From an uncultured virus (IMG/VR IMGVR_UViG_3300017763_003471) (Duplodnaviria > Heunggongvirae > Uroviricota > Caudoviricetes), in the IMG/VR virus record IMGVR_UViG_3300017763_003471, positions 62,001 to 126,000 of that record: a stretch of 64,000 nucleotides of DNA. One strand, written 5' to 3'. The notes beneath the pieces were generated by a model. It was not told the origin of the DNA. It did not search any database and worked only from the letters and a program-made list of their open reading frames with translations. This document shows positions 19,098 through 27,288 of this stretch, one piece after another. The translations under genes were made by a program, and so were the position numbers. Positions within the stretch are counted from its first letter, which is position 1. Every line of letters begins with the position of its first letter.

Positions 19098-19545
19098 GCA
19101 ATTCTTTTAGTTTCTTTTTGCTCTTGCCTCTGACCTTTGCTTTGCTGATATCATTTAGTGGGACTTCGCCACCTTCTGCTACCATTACAATAGCAATCAT
19201 ACCCATTGTTGCATGTGGTGTACACTGATATAGATATACGCCTGGTACGTCAAAAGTGATTGCAACTTCTTTGTTGTTTTTTGATTTCTTTGGAATATCC
19301 CAACCATCTGGTCCAGCAATGAATTGTACATTATGACCTTTTGATGTTGGTACCCAAGTAATTGTATCGCCTACGTCAATGTTTGCGATATCCTCACTGT
19401 AAACCATCTTAGCACCATCGTCACGTTTGTTCAACATTTCGATAGTCATATCATCTGCGAATGCAGGCACTACAAACAATGCTATAAACATAGCAAAATA
19501 TAATGCAGGATATATTAATCCGGTGGTAAGTGTATTAAGTTTCAT
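19081..19545 (-). CDS. Pseudoazurin (type 1 blue copper protein), exported
   Basis: Signal peptide ...PAFA; IEMLNK, GDTITW, GHNVQF, YQCTPHATMGM (His/Cys/His/Met ligands). Confidence 0.9.
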   Translation of the reverse strand: MKLNTLTTGLIYPALYFAMFIALFVVPAFADDMTIEMLNKRDDGAKMVYSEDIANIDVGDTITWVPTSKGHNVQFIAGPDGWDIPKKSKNNKEVAITFDVPGVYLYQCTPHATMGMIAIVMVAEGGEVPLNDISKAKVRGKSKKKLKELLDELS

Positions 19546-19579
19546 TTAGTTTTTCCTTATATTAAGTTAAGTCTAAAGA

Positions 19580-19663
19580 TGGTGCCCATGGAGGGACTTG
19601 AACCCCCACTCCGTAAGAACAGGTACCTAAAACCTGCGTGTCTACCAATTTCACCACATGGGC
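19580..19663 (-). tRNA. tRNA-Leu(TAG), CCA encoded
   Basis: CAGGT-TTTAGGT-ACCTG, long variable arm, ends ACCA. Confidence 0.92.
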
Positions 19664-19672
19664 TAAATTTTG

Positions 19673-19891
19673 TTATTCAGATTTAGTTGTGAAATATTTT
19701 TCAATCATTTCTAATCTGTCATAAGCGGCCGCTAGTTTATTAAGTTCTTCAATCACTGCCTCGGTAACATCTGAATGTTCACCAATACCTGCTGGCATAG
19801 TTTGATAGACTTGTATGTTTGCTAGATGAACCGCTATTTCACCTTCCGCTTGTTTACGTGCGGCTAGGATTATTGCTTCGCCTGGCTTCAT
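19673..19891 (-). CDS. Hypothetical protein (GIGEHSD motif)
   Basis: 72-aa ORF between tRNAs with AAAGG RBS. Confidence 0.65.
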   Translation of the reverse strand: MKPGEAIILAARKQAEGEIAVHLANIQVYQTMPAGIGEHSDVTEAVIEELNKLAAAYDRLEMIEKYFTTKSE

Positions 19892-19909
19892 TATTTACCT
19901 TTCTTGTTG

Positions 19910-19984
19910 TGGTGCTGATGAAAGGAATCGAACCTCCAACCTACTGATTACAAATCAGTTGCTCTACCGTTGAGCCACATCAGC
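19910..19984 (-). tRNA. tRNA-Thr(TGT), CCA encoded
   Basis: GCTGATG acceptor; CTGAT-TTGTAAT-CAG anticodon arm. Confidence 0.95.
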
Positions 19985-20094
19985 ACATTATTAACTACGT
20001 GTATATTTATCTTAAGGGGCTAACCGTGACCCCTTACGTGTTTATTTCGTAACAACCCGCTCTTGTCTTATATGTTCATTACTGAACGTAGATT

Positions 20095-20364
20095 TCAAGA
20101 AACACTTTTTGGCATTAACTTTCTTCGCATTTCATCCATTTCTGCATTTCGATGTTGTTGCGTAGATTGTTTTTCTATTTCTTTTAAAGTAGGTGATTTG
20201 AATTTCTCTTGTACTGCTTCGATTCTATTTTTGATATCTGCTACTCTTTGTTCCATTGGATCAGGTGCAATTTTAGGTATACTATATGATTTTTCATGCA
20301 TCCAAACTGCACTAATAACCATAGCAACTAAAACTCCACAAAAGAATAGTATGACGTATAACAT
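20095..20364 (-). CDS. Membrane-anchored hypothetical protein
   Basis: N-terminal TM, coiled tail. Confidence 0.55.
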   Translation of the reverse strand: MLYVILFFCGVLVAMVISAVWMHEKSYSIPKIAPDPMEQRVADIKNRIEAVQEKFKSPTLKEIEKQSTQQHRNAEMDEMRRKLMPKSVS

Positions 20365-20372
20365 ACATATAT

Positions 20373-20528
20373 TTATTCTTCTATTTTAATTTTCCGATAA
20401 GATAGTTCGGAATAGACTTCCAGCCACTTCATTAAATCTTCGTGTGAAGGTGAACCTTTATGTCGTATTCTGTAAAATTCTTTTAGTAATTCTTTTACTG
20501 AAAGTTCTTTTAAGTTTAGTTGATACAT
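20373..20528 (-). CDS. Small hypothetical protein (start uncertain)
   Basis: MYQLNLKELSV... with upstream GAGG. Confidence 0.4.
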   Translation of the reverse strand: MYQLNLKELSVKELLKEFYRIRHKGSPSHEDLMKWLEVYSELSYRKIKIEE

Positions 20529-20597
20529 ACCTGAACGCCTCGTAAAATGTTTTCTCATTGTTAATAATAATAACACAGATTCGTTGCAGTGTCAATG

Positions 20598-21299
20598 CTA
20601 AAAATCAGTATGTTCATCTACTGAGTGGTCAATATTTGTCGCATCATCTGTATCGACAGGCATTTCTGGTAAGTCTGAATAAGGAACTACTGGCTGGGCC
20701 ATTGCAACTGATTCATCAGTTTCAAAATCTAATGCACTTACATTTGGAGGAGGGTTTTGTTTTTGTTCTTCATCAGGATCTTCTTCTGGAGGGAGACCTA
20801 ATCTAGGATTAATACCTTTTAAACTTCCACCACCTATTCTAAAATCATATGTAGCAAACTCACCACCTTTTGTCATACCTCTACCTTTCATTTCAGCTTC
20901 ATTTAAAATTTCAGATACTGGTGCCATTTGTTGCTTGATGCCTTCTTCTGTTTTATTTTTAGCATCTTGCATTTGTTTTTTATTATTTTTGGTATTTGGT
21001 ATAGTTACTGCACGTGGTTTGTCACTTCCTGGTTCAACTATCCATACATATATACTTTTACTGTCAGGTGATTCTAAGTGAGAAAGATAAACTGAGTCTG
21101 GCTTTATATTTGCATTGATAGGATAACCTAGTATTCTATCTACCGACATGTAGCTAATAACTACAGTTGCCAGTGTTAAAGGTATAACCAGTCCTAGTAG
21201 TAATGCGTTTCTGTGATTTTTTATTGCAAACCAAAGAATAACACATGCCAAAAAGAACATCGAAATGAATAATGGTGCTAACTCTACTGAATATAACAT
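20598..21299 (-). CDS. Two-TM membrane protein in ExbB-like operon
   Basis: Two N-terminal TMs then soluble domain; GGAG RBS. Confidence 0.65.
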   Translation of the reverse strand: MLYSVELAPLFISMFFLACVILWFAIKNHRNALLLGLVIPLTLATVVISYMSVDRILGYPINANIKPDSVYLSHLESPDSKSIYVWIVEPGSDKPRAVTIPNTKNNKKQMQDAKNKTEEGIKQQMAPVSEILNEAEMKGRGMTKGGEFATYDFRIGGGSLKGINPRLGLPPEEDPDEEQKQNPPPNVSALDFETDESVAMAQPVVPYSDLPEMPVDTDDATNIDHSVDEHTDF

Positions 21300-21323
21300 T
21301 TAACGTCTCCATGTATGAGCGGA

Positions 21324-21959
21324 TTAAAGTCCGCCGCTACTTGCCTTTCTCGTTATGATATTATTATCTAACGTATTGTATTTAACAAATTTCCCATCTT
21401 TGTCTAGCCAAAAGTTAACTAATGGTATTTGTTGACCTTTAAATTCGTAGTTTTTCTCACCAATGTATACTTCTCTATAAGGATTTATTTTAATAACTTT
21501 TACTTTAATTATCAAATCTTTCTTTTCAATATTCTTTTTTACTTCCCAAGGTCTCATTGCATATACGTGAGCGGCTACTTGATATCTTCCTTTTATAATA
21601 CCACGTAATGTGATTACTTCTCTATTGATATAAATTACTTTTCTATTACCGTATTCATCTACAGTCGTATCATTTGAATGTCCCAAATCATCTTTTTCAA
21701 GATTCATAAAACCATTTTCTTTCTTTATAAAAGAAACTGTATTGCCTGCAGGATCTTTAACCCATAAGTCAATATCATCCGTTACTACTGTAGGCCATTC
21801 AATTACAATCATGTACTCTGCTTTTTTAGGTACATCTGCTTTTTTAGTTATTGGATTGATTAATATAAAAGCGATTATGAATAAAAATACGAAACCTACT
21901 AATAGATTGAATAGTAAGTCTGTAAATCCTACTGTGCTTTTGTATTTGTTTTTGTTCAT
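21324..21959 (-). CDS. ExbD/MotB-like single-TM partner protein
   Basis: GFTDLLFNLL (membrane Asp) TM followed by DDIDLWV...DDLG domain; coupled to the ExbB-like gene. Confidence 0.6.
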   Translation of the reverse strand: MNKNKYKSTVGFTDLLFNLLVGFVFLFIIAFILINPITKKADVPKKAEYMIVIEWPTVVTDDIDLWVKDPAGNTVSFIKKENGFMNLEKDDLGHSNDTTVDEYGNRKVIYINREVITLRGIIKGRYQVAAHVYAMRPWEVKKNIEKKDLIIKVKVIKINPYREVYIGEKNYEFKGQQIPLVNFWLDKDGKFVKYNTLDNNIITRKASSGGL

Positions 21960-22411
21960 CAGTCACGACTCTCAAGGTTGACTAACTGTATCTTAGTAAA
22001 CTGACTGAATATAAGACCCGTAAGTGTCGTATACAATGCAGTACTCATACCCATAGCCATATCTGTTAGAGTTTCTTTTAGACTTGCAGTATCATCTACA
22101 TCTAATCCTTCAAAACTTGAACCTAACATCAGAATAAATCCTGCTACGGTACCTATCATACCTAACGCCAACATACTTTCTGATATGAACCAACCGACAC
22201 CTAATCCGGAATCGATGTTTTCACCTTCTTTATAATCCATCGTTAACTTACCGATATACAAACTTGTAAATATATACAAGCCTATGATACCAAAGCTAAT
22301 CTTAGTTACGTCCTTTTCATATAATTCATAAAACAATCCGAAATAATGAGATATTCCCATGATTGTTAGTGATATACAAAAGAACAACCACCACCTTAGA
22401 GTTTTCGACAT
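21959..22411 (-). CDS. MotA/TolQ/ExbB proton-channel family protein
   Basis: LGMIGTVAGFI, GMSTALYTTLTGL. Confidence 0.8.
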   Translation of the reverse strand: MSKTLRWWLFFCISLTIMGISHYFGLFYELYEKDVTKISFGIIGLYIFTSLYIGKLTMDYKEGENIDSGLGVGWFISESMLALGMIGTVAGFILMLGSSFEGLDVDDTASLKETLTDMAMGMSTALYTTLTGLIFSQFTKIQLVNLESRD

Positions 22412-22420
22412 AATATCATC

Positions 22421-22660
22421 CTATTGATTTTTTAGCATATCCTCTACACACTTGACTGCATCACCAATAGTATTGATAGTTTCTGCGTATTCATCTGGAA
22501 TAGCAATTTTATAGAATTCTTCTACTTCAAATACAATTTCAACTGTATCGATACTATCAGCACCCAAATCTTTCTTTAGATTGGTATCATCATTCAAGTC
22601 AGAGACCTGCCGTTTCATTTTTCGTGCAGTTATTTCATACACTTTATCTTTTACTTCCAT
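22421..22660 (-). CDS. acpP: Acyl carrier protein
   Basis: DLGADSIDTVEIVFEVEE, IPDEYAETINTIGDAV. Confidence 0.9.
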   Translation of the reverse strand: MEVKDKVYEITARKMKRQVSDLNDDTNLKKDLGADSIDTVEIVFEVEEFYKIAIPDEYAETINTIGDAVKCVEDMLKNQ

Positions 22661-22686
22661 TATTTTTTCTTTCGTCCTCTGGTTGA

Positions 22687-23019
22687 TTATACTGAGAAGC
22701 TAGAACCACATCCACATGTAGTTTGTGCTCCTGGGTTATCGATTACAAATCTGTCGCCTTGTAGGCTAGAGATATAATCTACTTTTGCATCTGCTAGATA
22801 CATGATTGACATACTATCTACTACTAACTTCACGCCATTAGTTTCATAGATACTATCATCATCTTTAAGGTCTTTTTCAAAACCAAAACCGTAACTGAAC
22901 CCATGGCAACCTCCTCCTTCTACGAACACTCTTAATGCCGTACCAGAAGATTCACCCTGTTCTTTTATAATTTCTTCTACTCTCGTAGCCGCTTTTTCTG
23001 TAAAAATCATACTCGCCAC
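22687..23019 (-). CDS. erpA: A-type Fe-S carrier (ErpA/IscA)
   Basis: LRVFVEGGGCHGFSY, NPGAQTTCGCGSSF. Confidence 0.88.
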   Translation of the reverse strand: MASMIFTEKAATRVEEIIKEQGESSGTALRVFVEGGGCHGFSYGFGFEKDLKDDDSIYETNGVKLVVDSMSIMYLADAKVDYISSLQGDRFVIDNPGAQTTCGCGSSFSV

Positions 23020-23756
23020 ACCTTTATGTCTCTGGCTAATTTAGAATATGTTGAATATTTTAAATCAGTATCAGTAGACTGGATTGAATAGTTAACAGGC
23101 CCTCCTGTTAGATATTCGTTATTATCTTTACTTTGATACCATTGAAGGCTTTCATCTGGGTAACCAATTCCCAAACTATATGTCAAGTTGTTATCTTCTT
23201 TCTTAATGCCGAGAACTTCACCCCATACATCTTGACTGTGTTTTGGTTCTTCAATGTAACCAAAATTCTTACCATAACCAGTAACATAACCCATCATACT
23301 TGCACTAAAGGCTACTATGCCACTTGCTATACCAATCGATGTAAATGCATTGTCCCATCTACTTGAAGCATTTGGATCTCTTACACTTCCATCTTTTTCG
23401 TTATTACGAATTTCTTCTTCATTCATCTTTCTATTGAAAACAAACAAACAGTTTGCTCCCATTTGTGGGTTTCTTCCGACCCAATCTTTCATACCAGGCA
23501 ACATTGTAAATCCCCATGAATGTTCCTTGTAGAGATAATCTAATTTTGTTCTATCAGTAACTACATATAAATCAAAAAAACTTTCATCTTGTTTTGATGG
23601 TGCCGTAGTTGCTAGATAAATCCAATGATTTATGTGTTCTTCATCTACTTCTTTAGAAAGGTCCCAGTTCCTTTGGCATCTACGTGCTTGATTTATTGCG
23701 TGTTTTTCTATGTTTAATCTCTCATTCATACCGTAAAACTCTCTCCACATCCACAA
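23007..23756 (-). CDS. Nitroreductase-family protein
   Basis: RRCQRNWD, APSKQ, SIGIASG, LGIGYP. Confidence 0.7.
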   Translation of the reverse strand: MWMWREFYGMNERLNIEKHAINQARRCQRNWDLSKEVDEEHINHWIYLATTAPSKQDESFFDLYVVTDRTKLDYLYKEHSWGFTMLPGMKDWVGRNPQMGANCLFVFNRKMNEEEIRNNEKDGSVRDPNASSRWDNAFTSIGIASGIVAFSASMMGYVTGYGKNFGYIEEPKHSQDVWGEVLGIKKEDNNLTYSLGIGYPDESLQWYQSKDNNEYLTGGPVNYSIQSTDTDLKYSTYSKLARDIKVWRV

Positions 23757-24055
23757 CGTGCTTTTTCATTTGGATTACTTACAAGTTCAAAATGCGAACT
23801 CATACTCTTAGTATCAGTAACATAATCCAATGTTGCTCCGTCAATAGTGTGAAAATATTTATGTTCTACGAGAATGTCAAAGTCATCGTATTTAATAGCA
23901 AAGTCATCTTCTATATTGAATTTTTCGTCAAGTAGAACTTCATACATGAAACCAGTACACCCGGCTGTTTTTATACTTAATCTTGCTTTTTTACCTGGGT
24001 TCTGAGATAACCATTTTTTAATTCTTGTTGTGGAATTATCTGTTAAATACAACAT
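23726..24055 (-). CDS. iscA: A-type Fe-S carrier IscA
   Basis: KTAGCTGFMY, NPNEKARCGCGESF. Confidence 0.88.
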   Translation of the reverse strand: MLYLTDNSTTRIKKWLSQNPGKKARLSIKTAGCTGFMYEVLLDEKFNIEDDFAIKYDDFDILVEHKYFHTIDGATLDYVTDTKSMSSHFELVSNPNEKARCGCGESFTV

Positions 24056-24575
24056 AGGTTATCCCCTCCTCAATCTTTTCTTGTTTCGATTTTGCTTCTT
24101 GGTGAATTTCTGATATTTCGTAAAATCTATTCAATAATCCACTAGCAGTTTTGTAATTCTGATATGTATCAATGCTTTGTTCTATTTGGTCTTTAATAAA
24201 CTGAGTTTGGTCTTTTAATTCTTCAATAAAAGAGATAACATCTTCGCTTGTAGTTTGTTCCTCAAGTTGATGTTTTAGTTGATTAATGAAAACCATATCA
24301 TCAGGTCTAACACCGTCTCTGAAATCATTTTCATGACCTTTTAATTCAAGTAAATATCTTGCACGGGCAATAGGATCTGCCAAGGTTTCGAAAGCCCTGT
24401 TGGCAAATGCTAATCTGTCTTGTCCTGTAAATGATGTATCCTTCTTAAGGATTGTTAGAATCTTCTTATAATGTGTCGTAAGACTACGTACACTTATCCC
24501 TTGCTTTTCATCAATACCAAAGAACTTGTAGTAGTTCTTTTCTTCAAGACCATATATTCGTTTTATTCCAGACAT
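24036..24575 (-). CDS. hscB: HscB-like J-domain co-chaperone lacking HPD
   Basis: NYYKFFGI, ANRAFETLADPIARARYLLELKG, helical C-terminus; adjacent to iscA. Confidence 0.7.
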   Translation of the reverse strand: MSGIKRIYGLEEKNYYKFFGIDEKQGISVRSLTTHYKKILTILKKDTSFTGQDRLAFANRAFETLADPIARARYLLELKGHENDFRDGVRPDDMVFINQLKHQLEEQTTSEDVISFIEELKDQTQFIKDQIEQSIDTYQNYKTASGLLNRFYEISEIHQEAKSKQEKIEEGITYVVFNR

Positions 24576-24632
24576 TTTATATACCTATACTCTAATAATA
24601 TATCATTTTTCAACTAAAGTCAAGTCGAAAAA

Positions 24633-25088
24633 TCATAGACTTTTCAGCTTTTCCGTTAATTCATGATACGGTCGTAATCTGGGATCGGTTTTTTCCTCTT
24701 CGTCAAATCGTAGACCATATCTCCATCCTTCAGCAACACGACTAGAAACCCATCTATTGTGTCGTATTGAAGATAAATCTATTTCGGTCTCACCCTCTGG
24801 AATGTCAAATTTTTCACTAGTAGTAATTTCCATAGTAAAATCTTTATCAGTCCAGTTTTGTAATAATTTTAGCACCACTTCTGCTTCGGCTTCTGTTACC
24901 GCTCTATTCATACGAAAATCGTATACATGAAAATCGTCCATCATATGATAGACTACTGCGGTACCATCTTCTCTTGGCTCAAATATATTGGCAATAGCTT
25001 TCTTAAGAACAGTAATAACACCTTTAATATCGTGTTTGTTCCATTCTTCTTTCATCATTAATCTTATGTGATGTTTAAAGTTTGCCAT
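24633..25088 (-). CDS. RyR-domain-containing protein
   Basis: HNRWVSSRVAEGWRYG...KTDPRLRPYHEL. Confidence 0.7.
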   Translation of the reverse strand: MANFKHHIRLMMKEEWNKHDIKGVITVLKKAIANIFEPREDGTAVVYHMMDDFHVYDFRMNRAVTEAEAEVVLKLLQNWTDKDFTMEITTSEKFDIPEGETEIDLSSIRHNRWVSSRVAEGWRYGLRFDEEEKTDPRLRPYHELTEKLKSL

Positions 25089-25097
25089 TATCTTTTC

Positions 25098-25424
25098 CTA
25101 GTATTCCTTAGGGCCTTTTGCCTCTGCTTTTTCTTTTACTGTATCTCTGCTATCTGATGCTTTTACTGTCGTTGATCCACTACGTACTTCAACTTGTTCA
25201 AATTTACTTGAACTTGAATTAACGTATAAACCGAACCATGCCGCTCCAGCACCTACGATTACAGATACAAGACCTGCTTGTTGAGTATTTGGGTCTGGTA
25301 GTGCCATAAACCATTGCGTAACATCGTACAAAAGATAAATGTACATTGAAATAAATGCTCTAGGAAACAATCTCCATCTGCTAAAATACTCTGGCGCATG
25401 CCATATTACTCTTTCTATATTCAT
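25098..25424 (-). CDS. Two-TM membrane protein (holin-like topology)
   Basis: WRLFPRAFI..., QQAGLVSVIVGAGAAWFGLY; GAGG RBS and late promoter at 25466-73. Confidence 0.55.
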   Translation of the reverse strand: MNIERVIWHAPEYFSRWRLFPRAFISMYIYLLYDVTQWFMALPDPNTQQAGLVSVIVGAGAAWFGLYVNSSSSKFEQVEVRSGSTTVKASDSRDTVKEKAEAKGPKEY

Positions 25425-25492
25425 TATAATGTTCCTCGCCTTGTTGTTAATACTCTCATCATATGTATTTATCATTTGAGGAAGGCGAAATG

Positions 25493-25756
25493 TTAGAGAT
25501 TGAACAGTGTAGCGATAATTATAATGATTATTACTGTGAGTAATTTAGTTAAAAACATCTTTCCGATGCCTTTTCCGGTATCTTTTGCTGGTTGTTTCCA
25601 TGTTTCCCAACGACCTAATTTAGCCCATTCTTCTTTGGACACCCATAGACCGCCTACATGTTTAAGCCATTGTTTAAAGGATTTGTCTTTATGACGTTTA
25701 CGTTCTTTATACCACTCTTGTAGTATTTCAAATATATCTTTACTATTCACCGACAA
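25493..25756 (-). CDS. Hypothetical protein with C-terminal TM
   Basis: 87-aa ORF in operon. Confidence 0.5.
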   Translation of the reverse strand: MSVNSKDIFEILQEWYKERKRHKDKSFKQWLKHVGGLWVSKEEWAKLGRWETWKQPAKDTGKGIGKMFLTKLLTVIIIIIIATLFNL

Positions 25757-26339
25757 CGAACCACTCTATTCTTGAGATATCAAGACCTACTGTGGGTCTG
25801 GGTTCGCTATCTATATATTCACATAGTTTTAAGTAAGATTTATCTAAATTTTTAGCATCTCGCATCTCCGCCCAAGACCAAAAATCATCGATATTTAATT
25901 TAAAGTGTTCATAACTTTCTATATCTTTTAACCATTGTTTATATTCATGTCTTGTCGGCATAGATAGTGGTGCATGAAGATGTTCGTTTTTATCTTCTAT
26001 ACGCCATTGCAGATTTGCTAAATTTGGAATAACAACTATAGGTTTAACATTTGAAAAATCATCTAGTTCAAGTACTTCATGGGGAGTGGTAGTTTTAACT
26101 GCAATATCGTAAGTATCAATAATGCTTTTAACATATGAATTTAAAGGTCTTCTACTTTTCTTATTAATTAAAAAACTACCGTCTTTACCTATATGAAAAG
26201 GACCATCTAATTGTCTTGCAATTCCGAATTCTGTTGGTGTAAAGGCGTGAGGTAATTGATAGAAATTTTTGTGTAGATTTATAAAGTGACAAACTACACT
26301 CCCATAAGAACCAGGCCAAAAGACTACTGGATAAATCAT
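25743..26339 (-). CDS. Hypothetical protein, possibly sulfotransferase-like
   Basis: TAATG coupling; MIYPVVFWPGSYGS...YLKLCEYI. Confidence 0.5.
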   Translation of the reverse strand: MIYPVVFWPGSYGSVVCHFINLHKNFYQLPHAFTPTEFGIARQLDGPFHIGKDGSFLINKKSRRPLNSYVKSIIDTYDIAVKTTTPHEVLELDDFSNVKPIVVIPNLANLQWRIEDKNEHLHAPLSMPTRHEYKQWLKDIESYEHFKLNIDDFWSWAEMRDAKNLDKSYLKLCEYIDSEPRPTVGLDISRIEWFVVGE

Positions 26340-27136
26340 TACGGAGTATCCGCTACTGAGCCCCAATCATCTGGTATATCAATATTAATCCAATTACTAC
26401 CGTTATAGCCTTCAAATCTACTAGTAGTTGAATTAAATCTAACCATACCTGATGTTGCTGATCCAGGCCTTTCTGCGGTTGTTCCTACTGGAAATTGCAA
26501 AGCGCCTGTAGCCGACGAACCAACTGTACCTGATGCATAAACATCATTCCAAGTTTTAGTACTTGAACCTAAATCATAAGTTGCATCAGCATCGGGAATA
26601 ATGTTTGAAATAATTTCTGCCGATAGTGCCACTGTATCTGTATCTGCATTACCGAATGTAAGATTACCAGATATAGTTGCATCACCTGTTACTGATAAAT
26701 CACCAGTCATAGAAACGTTACCATTGAAGGCCGCTGTATTAGATGTTGTATTAACTGTCCAAATATCACCAGTATATCCATCAAATGTTATTGGATTTTG
26801 TGCAATACTTCCCCAATCACTAGCAAGACCGCCAGCTACTTCGTGTACTTCCCAATTTGATGTTGATGAATTATATCTTAGAAAATTACCATCAGCTAGA
26901 CCTGTTAAATCTACGTCTGTTAAATCGTCTAAATTGTCTGCTATTGGATCCCAGGTAGCTGATCCTGTTCTGAATTTTACTGTTTTATCGTTAGTGTCTA
27001 TCCAGATATCATGTTCTGCGACTGGATATCCTAAAGTAGCGTGAGGATCGTTACCGCCCTGAAAGAGCGTGATGCCTGTTTTACCTATCTTAAAGTAAGG
27101 TACACTGGTACCTTTTGCGTTTAATACTACTGCCAT
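26339..27136 (-). CDS. Tail-fibre-like structural protein
   Basis: LDDLTDVD, IIPDADATYDLGSS, PVGTTAERP...GMVRFNSTTSRFEGYNGSNW; late promoter 27206-13. Confidence 0.7.
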   Translation of the reverse strand: MAVVLNAKGTSVPYFKIGKTGITLFQGGNDPHATLGYPVAEHDIWIDTNDKTVKFRTGSATWDPIADNLDDLTDVDLTGLADGNFLRYNSSTSNWEVHEVAGGLASDWGSIAQNPITFDGYTGDIWTVNTTSNTAAFNGNVSMTGDLSVTGDATISGNLTFGNADTDTVALSAEIISNIIPDADATYDLGSSTKTWNDVYASGTVGSSATGALQFPVGTTAERPGSATSGMVRFNSTTSRFEGYNGSNWINIDIPDDWGSVADTP

Positions 27137-27231
27137 TTTTCCCTCAACGTTCTGTTTTTAAAGTCAGCGATTTCTCACTGTCGTTAAGTTATATTGTTAC
27201 TTATCTATTTATCAAAATATGCTGTAGAGGT

Positions 27232-27262
27232 AAAAAAAGAGAGCCGATTTCTCGGCTCCCTC
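27232..27262 (-). terminator. Rho-independent terminator
   Basis: GAGGGAGCCGA-GAAA-TCGGCTCTC-T7. Confidence 0.85.
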
Positions 27263-27288
27263 TATAAGTGTATTAAGTATTAAACAAA

